Below, piece by piece: positions 25,230 to 37,983 of a stretch of DNA of 64,000 bases; the first letter of the stretch is position 1, and each line of letters starts with the position of its first letter. The stretch is from Amoebophrya sp. A120. Its lineage: Eukaryota; Protista; Dinoflagellata. The translations under genes were made by a program, and so were the position numbers. The notes under the pieces are model-generated. The model searched no databases. It worked only from the letters and a program-made list of their open reading frames with translations, and had not been told where the DNA came from. The stretch spans positions 5,079,709 to 5,143,708 of the forward strand of contig CAJINV010000002.1 in the NCBI GenBank assembly GCA_905178155.1, read 5' to 3'.

Positions 25230-28200
25230 ATTGGCACACGGTGCGCGCTTCGGATTTTTGTTTTGGAGGGGCGCGGGCGTCCTCTCGTATTCTGCCTGCG
25301 CTTGGCGCCGGGAAAATGGCATTGCGCCTACCGCGCGCGCTTCCCTAGGCGCCGTCGCTGACAGTGGTGATGGTATGCGCGTGCCCATTCTGTATTGCTC
25401 TGTGGCCGGGAGAAAAATTTGGAGCGCCGCGCGCACGCAGACACCCTGGCCCGAGCAGGGGGCGGATGCTTCCTTATTTCCTTTTGCTATCAGGGGCCGG
25501 CCGAAAAAAAATTTTCGCGCGCGCCGCGCCCACTCAGGCGCGCGCCATGACCGGGCAGGCGTAGAGGCCCTTCCCTATGCGTGCCCGGTAGCCGCGCGCT
25601 TGCCGAGAATTTTTTTTCGTGCACAGCGCATGCGCAAGCGCTTTGGCCTGAGGGCGTGGAAGGTATTCTTTCGTGTCCGGAAACCCGGGGCGGGCCGGAA
25701 AAATATTCTGCGAGCGCGCGCTGCGTGTGCGCAGACGCCTTGGCGGGGGGGCGCGGAGCGAATGTTTTTTGCGCGTCCAGCAGCGAGGGCGGCGCGCCGG
25801 AAAAAAAAAAGTTGCGCGCGCGCGCATGCGCATGCGCCCCGACCTGAAGGCGCGGAAGCCTTTGGTCGTTCCCAGCTATCGAGGGCCGCCCGATCGAAAA
25901 AAGTCTTTCGCCCGTTGCGCGCCCGCAGACGCCTTTGCCTGTCTGAGGGCGGTTGGGTTTTTTTCGCGTCCTCCAGGCGGGGCCTCGGCGGCAAATATTT
26001 GTCGTGCGCTCGCTGCGCGCGCGCAGGCGCCTCGGCCTCGGGGCGCGGAAGGTTTTCGGTGCGTTCGGCAGTCGGGGGCCGTCCGGGAAAAAGTTTGCGC
26101 GTGTTGCGCGCACGCAGACCGCCCTGGCCTTGGGTGAGCGTGGGAGGTGCCTCTCCATGGCCGGCTAAAAGGCGTTGACCGGAAAAAACCTCGCGTGGGT
26201 GCGCCGCGCGCATCCTCACCATGTACGGCGTCAGGGTGTGGGCTGTTTTATTTTTTTCGCGCCCCGCGATCGGGGGCCGGCCGGTAAAAAATTTTCCGCG
26301 CGCACAGCGCGCGCACGCCTTGGCCCGAGGGTGTAGAAGATCTTTTGCTCGCCCGGTGGTCGGGGGCTTGTCGAGAAAAATTTTTCGCGAGCCGCGCGCG
26401 CACAGTAGTTTTCTTTTGGCCCACAGGCGAGGAAAGTCTTTTCCGCAACCGGGCGCCAGTTGAAAACAAATTTTCGCGCGCGCGCGCCTGCGCGCGCGTC
26501 TTCCTTGGCCTGAGGGCGTGCGTAGACGCTCTTTTTCACGCCCGGCGGGGGTCGGGGGCCTGTCGAGAAAAAATTATCGCGCGTTGCGCGCGCGCGGGCA
26601 CATTAGTTTTCTTTTGGCCCGTAGGCGATGAAATTTTTTCTCGCAACCGGGGGCCAGCTGAAAAAAAATTTTCGCGCGCGCGCGCGGAGCGCGCGCGTCT
26701 TCCTTGGCCTGAGGGCGTGCCTGGGCGCTCTTCTTCACGCCCGGCGGCCGGGGGCCTGTCGAGAAAATATTTTCGCGCGTTGCGCGCGCGCGGGCACATT
26801 AGTTTTCTTTTGGCCCGTAGACGAGGAATTTTTTTTCCGCAACCGGGGGCAAGCTGAAAAAAGACTTTAGCGCGCGCGCGCGCCTTCCTTGGCCCGCGGG
26901 CGTGCGTGGAAGGTTTTCTTCTCACCCGGAGGTCGGGGGCTTGTCGAGAAAAAATTTTCGCGCGCTGCGCGCGCGCGGACGCATTAGTTTTCTTTTGGCC
27001 CGTAGGCGAAGAAATTTTTTTCCGCAACCGGGGGCCAGCTGAAAAAAAACTTTAGCGCGCGCGCGCTGCGCGCGCGCGCCTTCCTTGGCCCGAGGGCGTG
27101 CCTGCGTGGAAGGTTTTCTTCTCACCCGGAGGTCGGGGGCTTGTCGAGAAAAAATTCCCGCGCGCTGCGCGCGCGCGGACGCGTTAGTTTTCTTTTGGCC
27201 CGTAGGCGAGGAAATTTTTTTCCGCAAGAAATTTTGTTTCCGCAACCGGGGACCAGCTGAGAAAAAATTTTCGCGCGCGCGCACAGCGCTCGCGCGCCTT
27301 CCTTGGCCTGAGGGCGTGCTTGGAAGGTTTTCCTCTCACCCGGAGGTCGGGGGCTTGTCGAGAAAATATTTTCGCGCGCTGCGCGCGCGCGGGCGCATTA
27401 GTTTTCTTCCGGCCCGTAGGCGAGGAAATTTTTTTCCGTAAGAAATTTTTTTCCGCAACCGGGGGCCGGCTGAAAAAAAACTTTAGCGCGCTGCGTGCGC
27501 GCGCGCGCCTTTCTTTGCGTGGGTGAGTCAGTGGCTTGAGACTTTTTTTCACGCCCGGCGGCCGGGGGCTTGCTGGAAAAAAAATATCGCGCGCTGTGCG
27601 CGCACACATGTTGGCCAGGGGGCGCGGCGAGGTGTTGCTTGCACCCGGCAACCGGGGCTGCCGGAAGAAATAGAGCAAATTTTCGCCACCGCCCCCTGCC
27701 CGCCCGCAGGCGCCGGCCTTGGTCTGCGGGCGGGCGCGGAGGTTTTTTTCGCGCCGCCCCCTCGGGGTCTTGCCGGGAAAATATTCGCGGCGCGCAGGCG
27801 CCTTGTTCTGGCGCGCTTTTGCTTGCGTCCGGCGTCCGGGCAGTCCCGGAAACGACTTTCGCGCGCCGCGCGCGCGCAGCCGCCTTAGCTTGAGATGGGC
27901 GCAGAAAGTTTTTCTTCAATATGAGGAAAGCTGTTCGCCTGCTAGCAAGGTGATGACGATGGTGATGAATCGCGCGCGGCTACCGGGTGTTGGCCGGAAA
28001 AAAACTTACCGCGCGCTGCGTGCGCATAGTGGCCGTGGCGTTAGAGGGTGGGCGGGGCCGCTTCTTTCGTGTCCACGATTGGGGGTTTGCCGGAAAAAAA
28101 ATTCCGCGCGCTCCGCGCGCGCAAGCCTTTGTGCGGAGCCTTTCTCTCCGCCCGGCATTCGGGGGCGGGCTGGCGAAAATTTTTCGCGCGCGCGCGCGCA

Positions 28201-28640
28201 CATGTTGGCCCGGGGGCGCGGTTGGGGACTTTTTGCGGACCCGCCCCCCTTCCGGGGCCGGCCCGGCTGAAAGAAAGAATAAAGTAAATTGTTCGCGCGC
28301 TGCGCGCACGCAACCTCCTTGGCCTCCGGGCCCGGGGCGTTTTTTTCGCGCCTAGCAGCCTGCGGCCGGCCTGGAAAAACTTTTTGTGCGTAACTTCCTT
28401 GGCCTGCGGGCCCGGCCGGAGTGTTTTTTCCGCGTCCAGCCTTTCCTTGGAGGCCCGCAGGGGAAAAAAAATTTTGCGCGCTGCGCGCACGCAGGCACAT
28501 TGCCCCGGGGGCGCGGGGCGTTTTTTTCGCGTCCGGCCGTTGCTGGCTTGCCGGTCGGAAAAAAAGATCGCGCACTGCGCGCACGCAGGCAGACTGGCCC
28601 GGGGGCGCGCACGCAGGCAGACTGACCCTTATGCCTTACC
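25230..28640. repeat. Degenerate GC-rich satellite of (CG)n tracts alternating with A/T tracts; homogeneous core 26300-27520
   Basis: tagttttctt(t/c)(t/c)ggccc recurs near 26407, 26604, 26800, 26985, 27185 and 27399 (spacing ~185-215 bp). Confidence 0.9.
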
Positions 28641-28726
28641 TGCAAAGAGCAAGGGCCTCGCCGTCCTTTTTTCGCATCTTTTCACTGTAGGTGAGCGCCC
28701 AGCTCCTCGGGGGGCCTAAGCGTCCG

Positions 28727-29120
28727 GCTTCTCGTAGCCGGAGAAGCTGGACTTCCAGCTTCTCGTAGCCGGAGAAGCTGGCCTTCCAGCTTCTCGTAGA
28801 GCCGCCCGGGGAAGCTGGACTGTCAGCTTCTCGTAGAGCCGGGGAAGATGGACTTTCAGCTTCTCGTAGAGCCGGGGAAGCTGGACTTTCAGCTTGTCGT
28901 AGAGCCGGGGAAGCTGGGCTTTCAGCTTCTTGTAGAGCCGGGGAAGCTGGACTTCCAGCGTCTCGTAGAGCCGGGGAAGCTGGGCGCCCAGCTTCTCGTA
29001 GAGCCGGGGCAGCTGGACTTCCAGCTTCTCGTAGAGCCGGGGAAGCTGGACTTCCAGCTTCTCGTAGAGCCGGGGAGGCTGAGCTGCCGGCTTCTCGCAA
29101 CCAGGGAAGCTGGACTGTTA
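28727..29120. repeat. 33-bp minisatellite, about 12 copies
   Basis: Unit cttctcgtagagccggggaagctggacttccag in tandem. Confidence 0.93.
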
Positions 29121-29159
29121 GCTGCTCGGAGCAGGAGTGCTGGCGTTCTGGCTGCCAGA

Positions 29160-29646
29160 ATCTAGAAGCTAGATTTCTAGATTTCTAGAACCTAGAAATC
29201 TAGATTTCCAGACTTCTAGATTTCTAGATTTCTAGAAATCTAGTTTCTAGATTCTTGGCCGCCAAAGTCTAGAAACAAATCTAGAGGCTACGGAACCCAG
29301 AACCGCTATCCCAATAGACGTTCTGGGGTCAGAAGCTCTATTGCAATAGACGTTCTGACTCCAGAACCTCTATTGTGATAGAGGTTCTGGGTCCAGATGA
29401 AGGTACGAGATAGAGCTTCTCAAGCTAGAAAATGTCAAGAAACAGTGAAAAGATTAGAAAAAAAACAAAAAAATCAAAGAGCAACGAAATCAGTAAGAAA
29501 AATAAAGAAAAGAAGAAAAAAGAAAGACTGTAGAAAATCTAGAAAAAGCTTAGAAATCTAGAAAACCTAGAACATCTACGGAGAAGTTAGAAAATGGCCG
29601 AGAACCTCTATCAATAGAGGTTCTTTGAGAAGTTCTTGAATATTTT
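29160..29646. repeat. TTTCTAGA microrepeats and agaacctctat/atagaggttct palindromes
   Basis: Repeated tttctaga/tctagaaa at 29160-29290 and 29530-29580; inverted pairs near 29363-29388 and 29601-29624. Confidence 0.8.
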
Positions 29647-30147
29647 AACTTAAGTGACCCAATATGCACAGACCGACGCTAGTTGTTGTTGGCTACACCC
29701 AGGCGGCATCTTCCTCCTCGAAGCGACAAGTTTTGGAAGAAGAAGGCGACAGCCATGCGGAATACGCGGACGAGAGCCTTATCATGCTGAAAACTGCTCC
29801 TACCACGGAACGGGGAAGTGTCTCGGGCATTACAAAGCTTTCCGATGGGAGCAGATACTTATCAACTTGCAAATGCTAGCAACACAAAATTTCGAAGTTT
29901 CTTGTCGCAACACCAGCTTCCCAATAAAACCAGATTTGTCTTCTGCTATCCGTAAGTTACTTTACATGCTTTTCTTTTTATTGATCTGTAGAAGGTCGCG
30001 GCCGCCCGGACGTCCTGCCGGTAGCTCTCCGATGTCATCTGCATCCTGCTTAGCTCGCTCGAAATGTGAAGGAAAAAGAATGCTAGTACTTGTCATGCAA
30101 GACAGAACTGGCCTTTGGCTGAAGTTGAAATGGTTTTTTCCAAGATC

Positions 30148-31259
30148 TTCATTCGGAAACCAGAACAAACATTTCTCACTTCTGGGGACGGAATGCTTTG
30201 TCTAGCTTGTGGTTTCGTCCAGCTAAAACTCCTGGCCGAATACCTAGCACGGCTCCTCCACCACCGGTTCTTTTGCATGACGGTGGAAGAGATGGGCCAA
30301 TTCAAGTAAGCCCCCCGATAACGGATCCCGTTTCCCCCCTTAGATATGCGTTTGAAGATGTGTCTGCGGCCTAGCTAAGCATACTAGTTGTGTCGGAACC
30401 GCATCCCGGTTCCAGGGGTTAGCATTTGTTCCCTTCGTGGTCGGTTCTGCCCCCCGGCAGTTCTTTCCAACCCCTGTCTGTTTCTCCTTGGTATATTAGT
30501 GGGCCCCCGTGTTGTCGTTCGTAAGGTCTGCAACCCACAATAGCCGCGCACCAGGGCTAGGTGTCCCCGTTGTTTCTCCGAGTGCGAAGGTCCGCGCACG
30601 CTTTAGGGGGGGCAATCGCGTGTCGAACGTGAAACATTTTGCAGAGAACCGGCACAGTGCTCGTTTAATGGAAAAAGGAAAGCGAAATAGGAAGAGACGC
30701 GGCTATGTATGGTCGCAGGTCATGAGCATAACAGCCAAGGGCCTACGCATTTAAGTCATGAGAACAGTGACAGCGACGCGCGTAGGTCATGCGCACGCAC
30801 ACGATGGCCGCAAGTCGTAAGGGTCTGCCCTCCCGTCTCCCTCGGTCTTCTTTCGTGCCAAAATGGTGTTGGTTCCGCCTTGGTGGGGATCAGCCGAGCT
30901 ACTTATCACGAACCCAAAAAAAAAAATTAAAAGTCTGTCTGAATTTTGTCTGTCCAAATCCATTGCTTTTTGCATTGGTTCCATGTGCATTCCTCCTCCT
31001 CGGCCCCTGGATCCCTTACCCTGGTTCACCGGTAGTGCCCCCCCGGGTCTTGGACGTGCCTTCTACTCCTGCGGCGGATGACTTGTCTCCTAAATGCACC
31101 AGGTTTCAGAATCGTACGCTCCCGCTACATTAGGTTCCAGTCTTAAAATTGCCCGGGAACTCACCACCCGGGATCGGACATTCAACTTTCACATTCACAT
31201 TCACACATTCATTCGGAAACCAGAACAAACATTTCTCACTTCTGGGGACGGAATGCTTT
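30148..31259. mobile_element. About 1-kb insertion bounded by perfect 52-bp direct repeats, with a (TTCACA)n tail
   Basis: ttcattcggaaaccagaacaaacatttctcacttctggggacggaatgcttt at 30148-30199 and 31208-31259. Confidence 0.6.
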
Positions 31260-31961
31260 TCAATACGATCAAACCCACCGTGCATCATGTGCCTACAGCA
31301 GCACGGGACGAGGACCACTACGACGAGGTGGACCAGCGGAAGACAGGGATGAAGCAGGGTCGTGTAGCCTGTTCAAAAACGTACCCACCCCAGAATTTTC
31401 AAACGTACCCACACCCCGTAACTTCTCTGTGCTTTAATTTGGGCTTTTCCAGTACATAAACACCCCAGAATGTTCACACGCGTCTTGCTTGTCCAGTAAG
31501 TTCCCTCTCGGGTTGTAGTTGCTGCTGACCGTGACCTTGAGATGAAATATCGATGTCTAGTGGTGTTCCTGTAAGGGCAGAGGAATTCATTGTGCTGACT
31601 TTCAGACATAAGTACAAATCACCGACGTCATTCTAATCAGGGTACTTGAGATAGTGAAGCGCTGATGCGGCTCTGATAGCTAACGACAGTCACACTGCGT
31701 GTCCATTATAAACTCGGCCTTCGGGGTTTGTAAAATTCGATTGGTCGTGTTTGACCACCAGCACAAGTCGCATTTTGAGTCAGGGGGTGGGGACGCTTGT
31801 CCAGAGAATACGGGGCCACGAAAAGGGTTGTCGAGATACCTTTCGACGCGGAGTCCAGAGAGGAGGGGGCGGCCGCGGACGCGACTGGAAGTGGTGCAGA
31901 CGACGCTGCAAGAGCACGAAGGGATGCAGCATTCGTACAAACGCGCCCAGCACCACTGCGT

Positions 31962-32092
31962 CAGCTGTGGGCGAGACTCCGACGCAGAAAGGATCAGACT
32001 ACTGTGGGCGAGACTCCGACGCAGAAAGAATCAGCTGTGGGCGAGACTCCGACGGAGAAAGAATCAGCTGTGGGCGAGACTCCGACGCAGAA
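31962..32092. repeat. 33-bp tandem repeat (4 copies) inside ORF 31797-32411
   Basis: ctgtgggcgagactccgacgcagaaagaatcag units, encoding AVGETPTQKES. Confidence 0.85.
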
Positions 32093-35000
32093 GACGAGTA
32101 GCGAGAGGACAGAGCCTGCGGCGGCCCCCATCGAGCCCACTTCTGGCCGCGCAAAGACGTCGCTGCGGAAGAAGAAGAGCAAGTCGCAGGTTCTCGCAGT
32201 GGGCGCGACGGAGCGATCTCGCAGATGGTTTTCAGGGGACAGGCTGCGCAGACTGGGCAAAACGCTGCAAAGGATGCTTGGTCATGGTGCTCTCGGTGGC
32301 CCAGTCACGTCAACGGGTGGAGACCCTAACGTACACAGCGCCGGCGGGACAGGGGTGCATTCTGTTTCAGAGGACAAGTGTATCCTTCGCCAAAGTATTC
32401 TACTGCCGTAAGTTTGAATCTTGTATGGTGGCAATCCTGCTTTTCTAGGTCGTGTTGCGAAAAGACAAATTTGATCTACTTCCTTTTGAAAACAATTGCC
32501 ATGCAAGCACCTATCTACTAGTGCGATGCTTTTGCAATGCATAGAACTGCGTGTGACGGAATTCATTCAGAAAACGAGGGCACGCACGGGTAAAGGGCAC
32601 CACTGGTCGTGTCATCCCACCAGGAGGGGTACTGGTGTGTCATCCCACCAGCAGAAATCTTGTGACTTACGCTTCTACGGCGCGAATGCAGGAGCCTATG
32701 ACAGCGTCAGGTTGGAAGTCGTCAGAATGGGATAGTGTGCGATGCATAAAATGCGACTCGCCATCAAGTGCGTGTCTTGCTGAGCAGGCAAGCAAGGTCG
32801 ATTATAAGCGTGTTCTGCAAGGGCCGCGAAGGGGCAGCACGACAGGAGGAGGCTTCTTAGTCCAAAATAGTGCGGCGGACTGGAGGATCCGGGTCCAGGT
32901 GCTCTAAAAGCTTGTCTTGCGCTGCCACGAAAAAATGTGAGGCGTATTGATTTTTATGCATGGTTGTCAGTTCACAATTCCATTTTGAGTTTGACGATTG
33001 CTAAGCTGGCGCTACCATAATGCCCGTCGTCCAGTGCACTTGCACACGGTGTTCGGCGACGACACGTGCTGTGTCCACCGCGACGATAAGAATATGACAG
33101 GCATATCCTCAACCTTATCCTTACCCAAGAGGCTTGAAATTTCTGGAGGGATTGGAAGAATTTCAACTCGTAAGTGTTAAACAGAACTAGATATTTTTGC
33201 TTCAGTTGAAATAAGCCGCAGTTTTTTCATGAAGTAATTCAGCAGTAAACCGAAGCTGGAGCTGCTAAAAAGAGCACTTTTTTCATGATGAGACTGCAGC
33301 CATACCGCCTGCTGTTCCGCTGGTCGGTTATGCGTTGAGCGGGGGCGGGCGCTTGTGCGTTGAAGGCCTCGGCTTCTTTTCTCTTTTCCATCGAAACGAG
33401 CCCGGAGATGCACTATGTCTAACTTTGCGCCTACCGCAGTATCAAGTGATCCTCTGTGAATTCACTCGGTGCATTCAGGTGAGACATCTTTGGCGAAGCA
33501 GATGTTTTTGATGCGGATCTATGCTGAGAAGAAAGCAGTTGTTCTTTCTTGGGTAAGGTTGTATTCCTCTCATAGAGCAGATGAAGAAGCCTGTTTGCGA
33601 GTTGAAGCCGGTTTGCGCTGAAAGGAACTTCGTGAAAGCTCTGGAAGTGGCACGTGACAGAATCCTGCTGCCACCGTGGAGGTGCGAAGTGAAGGTAGGA
33701 AAATCCGGGGAGCAAATCTCCGGACAGCCGCAGTGTCGCTTGGTGCAGTACCATGAGGACAAGGTTGACACAAAACCAATATTTGAGGAAGCCCTATCAA
33801 CTGCGAATTTCGATAGCGTGGTCCTGCAGGGTGAAAGAAAATGCTTTCGCTGATAAAGAGTAATTTTGAAGCTGCAGATCACGAAAATAAGTACTTACCA
33901 CAAGTATCTTCGATCTTCTTGCAGGTACTTTTTGTATCAGGGCGAGCATCGACAACTCTTGCATTCTCGTATTTAGCGAATGAAATGAAACATCTTTCCC
34001 CCCTGAGCGACGTTGTCCAAGATTCTGTATCTTTTGTTGCAATCTGAACTGTCTCTGAGTTCGGCTGTGATGCAGAACAAAACGACCCCTGGGCTTTCAT
34101 GCGCGTCGGCATGCGCAGGATGTCCTTCTTGCGCGGCCCCATGAGAGGCGCTCCGTCCTGGTTTTTGGGACGATTCGGGATGCTTTTATCGGTCTTGGGT
34201 ACTATGATCAAGAACGATATACCCAGCATCGGCAATTCGAATTTTTTGCGGCCCAGCGACTAGGGTTGAACTCGCTTGAATTCATGGCCCCCGGCTGAAA
34301 TAGAGCCGAGGACCATGCGTCTGGTATGACTTGCCAGGACGTGCTGCACCCTGAGAGCACAAGCCCCTCTACCCTACCATACAACGATCACGCTTCAAAC
34401 AAGAGAGCGCTTTATTAGATGACGTTGATGTGATGTTCTTTTGAGGAACATGACAACTGACTGAAACGGCCATACCACCCAAGACAATAGAGATCAGACC
34501 GGGCCAGACAAGTCAAACTTTTTCTCTGATCACGCCCCCGCATTTGCTTTGCATAAGCCTCCAGGAGCTGCTGTAAATATCGTCCCGATCATGTTGAAGC
34601 AGGTGCAACTGAAGGTGAAGGCCTGTGCTACCTGCAGGAACGGTGCTGGCTGAACAACTACGAGGGGGCGCGGGCTGAGCAAGGGCGTCAGCAGCCTTCT
34701 ACATCACCGGTTCCAAGTATGGCCTCCGAGTGGGTCTGCGGGAAAGTAGGAAACTCCGGCGATTCCTGCGGTCTTTCGCTGCACAAGCAAGCGCCGAGTG
34801 GGGGTTCTTCGTCTTCCCGCGGGACGGCGGACAGGCGCGGAAGCTCGGTGATGAACGCGGTGCGGAATGCGTTGGGACGGTCCGGCACGCAGAGGGACGG
34901 CACAGACGGCCCTTGTTGCCAGAAAAGCGATGTGGTATGCAATGCAAAACGTATGGCTCTGGATTCTCTGCGGTCTGGATTGTTCATCATGCTGTGCCTG

Positions 35001-35446
35001 TGTATGCAACAGAGGCCTTGAAGATCTATTGGAGGGCAGCATTCAGATTGACAAGAAACAAAAACATCTAAGTACTCAATCATAATTTGTGCATGACCTG
35101 CAGAAAGTGTGAAGTTTGTATTTTGCGTGCTCGTCGCAGATGATGTTTTTTCCTTGCGTATGTTGCAGAGAGCCCAGAATTATTTGCCTTTGAACACAGA
35201 CGGGCACGCCAGGTGGCGAGCAGAAGTGTTTCGTATGGCATGCTAAAGCCACTTGCTGGCTTCTAAAGCAGTTGTGCTTGCTCTGCATTTTCTTGGAAGC
35301 AAGAGAGGTTCTCGGAGATCTCTGTCTACACCTGCGCTCGGTTATTTGTGTTTACAGAGCCTAGAACAAGAAAGCATGTTGATGTAAAGGACCTGAAGGC
35401 AATGTGTGCTCTGGGCAAGTGATACGAAATACGTGATTCTTGTAAA

Positions 35447-36233
35447 GTGGATGACTTCGAAGAGGCACGCGCCGAAGCGGCGCTCTCCCTCTACCTCAGT
35501 AGTGTGCCTGCCTGGGATTGCGTGGTCGTACCAAAGACGCGTACCTGCACCCTCCGCTATTTGAACATGAATTCTGTAGCCGAACACACTATTCCGAAGG
35601 AGCACAGCTGCTGTGAATTCCATCCGGCACCCACGGGAGGGACGCGCGGGTCTTGTTCGCTCCGTCCGGCGTGCAGGAAGAATGACTATCGTTGTGCCAG
35701 ACAGGTCGCGATTTGGCACTTCGACGGGTTGGGTCGCAAGTGGTGGAAATCTGGGATGGCCGAGCTGCTGCGAGAAAATCGAAAGCAAAAAGAAGACAAA
35801 CTGCTCGCAGTGGACCATAAGCACCATATGGAAGCGTCAGCAGGGCCGAAATCGACAAAGTTCAGAAAATTTGTACTGCATAAAATCGATACCAGGTGGG
35901 CCCACAGTTTCTAGTCGGCGCATGACAAATTTTCTTTGCCTCTCAAGCAAGTCTATCATGCTGCTTAGGGCCAAAGGGCTCCCCTCCGTCATGCTAATCA
36001 GCAGCCCAATTCTCGACCCTTGCCAGCACTACAATCTGCCTCCCTTGCGTCCTCTGCAGTAGACGCAGTTTTTGCGTTGCATCTTATGCATGACAAACTT
36101 TTTTGACTTTGGCGATTTCGATCCTGACACTCCCATACGTCCTGACGAGTGCAACAAGTTCCGGCCTACTGCTACGAGTGAGACGGGCAGGCGCGCTATC
36201 GATATCAGGCAGAAAAATCTAGCATGCAAATGA
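35447..36233 (+). CDS. Hypothetical Cys-containing protein, last two exons; 5' end unresolved
   Basis: ORF 35447 joins ...DECNKFRPTATSETGRRAIDIRQKNLACK* after removing the introner 35827-36137 plus 5 nt. Confidence 0.5.
35827..36137. mobile_element. Introner with long (~55 bp) imperfect TIRs
   Basis: tatggaagcgtcag...cgaaatcgacaaagt...tttgtactgcataa versus ttatgcatgacaaa...actttggcgatttcg...ctgacactcccata; decayed DR cacca/cgtcc. Confidence 0.8.
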
Positions 36234-36620
36234 TGCGCATTTCGCGCATTTGTGTAGGTAAAAATGAAAACTAAAGTTCAGAAACATTACAACCATCCAG
36301 CCGCAAGCTGTTCAGCGCCCGCCAGGTCTTAACCGACGCTAGACAGATACTTCGACTTCTGTGTTCGGTTTTTTGAATGCCAATCAAAAGAAGTAATGTC
36401 GTGCTAGGTTTTTTCCATGTGATGGAGGACCGCGTCGAGCCGAAATCTTTGTCGAGCCGGGGTGAAGACAGTCGTGCACCGACCGTTTTGGACGAGCCTG
36501 GTAAGTGGATCCATTTTTTTTCCCGGCCTCCCGCAATGCAGACGAAGCTAAGTAGCCTTCCGCTTGGTTGCATTCGTATAGATGGCGATGGATAAAAGTG
36601 GTTTACTAAGTTTAACTTAA

Positions 36621-37977
36621 TCTATATACTATAGGGGCAAGATATGTATTTGTTCCTCCCAAAGCTTCTGAAGGTTTGACCTTCTGAAGACCTTCTGACG
36701 CTCAAAACTTGATTTTTGAGCTTCAGAAGGTCAAAAAAAATAGTCGTCTACTTTTCATGTTAAAAAACGCGGAATTAGCTCTCGTAAATCAAATTCTGGC
36801 TCATTTTTTACATCCTTCAGAAGGTCCAACCTTCTGAAGGTTTTTTTTCACCTTCTGAAGAATTTTCTCGATTTTTCGACAAAAAAACCTTCAGAAGGCC
36901 AAAAAATGACTTTAGAAAAGCCTCAGAAGGTAGGCATTCTTCTGAAGGTTTGCTTCGTTTCATGAAATTGCAAACCTTCAGAAGGTTGCGAGTTTTTACA
37001 CGCAAAAAATGAACAAAAGTCGAAACACCTACAAAAACCTTCAGAAGACGAAAAATCTTCTGAAGGTTTTTCACAAATTGTCTCGTTTTTAAAAAAATGC
37101 AAAAATCTAAACTCGCACACCTTCAGAAGAATTTGACTTCTCATTCTTCTGAAGGTGGACCTTCTGAAGACTCTCCAGAAGATATTGCACAAATTGGCTT
37201 TTTTGATGTGCGCGAAACTGTTTACTCGACTAAAAAAGGCCTCTTTTGTGACAGCCATTGTTCAAAAAATGAAACAAACCTTCAGAAGCTCTTCAGAAGC
37301 TTCGTCGCTGTTTGCATTTTGAATGCGCAGTTGCTTTTTTTCCAGCGCAGACGACAAAAATGCAAAACACTTAAGCCAGCTTTTTTTTCATGGCTCGGAA
37401 CCTCCCGATAGAATAGCTCGGCGGAAAATTTTCAATGCTCTTATTGGGGGAAGATTTTCGCTTTCGGGCCTTCGGCCGCGTCCGACCGACGCAGCTACTC
37501 GACGAGGAACCGCTACGCCGCATCAGTCTGGCGATGGAAAGGCAACAAGTTGGAAAAAAAAAGCGAAAGAAGTAAGATGCTCTCGATGAGATCTCAGTGA
37601 GATTTCAGCGAGTCTCGCTTTAGAAAAAGTGAGATCTCAGCGAGATCTTACTTCCTAAGAAGTCTCACGGTCCGAATCACTTCTCCGAGACGGCCAAAAA
37701 GTGAGACTTTGAAAAAAGTAAGATCTCGCTGAGATCTCACTTTCTGAGACATCGCACTTTTGGGCCGCCAAGCGAGATTTTGAACAAAGTGAGAGCTCCC
37801 TGAGATTTTCTGAGAAGTCTCACCTTTGGGCCGCCCGAAAGTGAAATTTTTAAAAAAGTTGTGAGATCTCACTCCTTTTCCGGTGTGGCAGTGAACAAGT
37901 TCTTTTTTCTTTCATAACCCACGGGAAGAACAAATACAATGCTTGCCCCGCGACGCAGTCGCGGGGAGTGGTTCTTA
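36621..37977 (+). mobile_element. Non-autonomous Helitron/Helentron-like element
   Basis: 5' TCTATATACTATA after an A; 27-bp subterminal inverted repeat 36634-36660 / 37923-37949; 3' hairpin ccccgcgac-gca-gtcgcgggg 37946-37966; interior arrays of CTTC(T/A)GAAG and GAGATCTC. Confidence 0.65.
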
Positions 37978-37983
37978 TTTACT

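Noticed and set aside
25231-28719. Many long Arg/Ala-rich ORFs on both strands
   Set aside because: Artefacts of a stop-poor GC satellite; overlapping in all frames with no domain-like content.
28727-29120. 33-bp repeats as a CRISPR array or repeat protein
   Set aside because: Head-to-tail units with no unique spacers, no cas genes, eukaryotic context.
33431-35085. Possible transposase or RT remnants that could mobilise the elements
   Set aside because: No DDE, YxDD or HUH motifs recognisable in the short ORFs.
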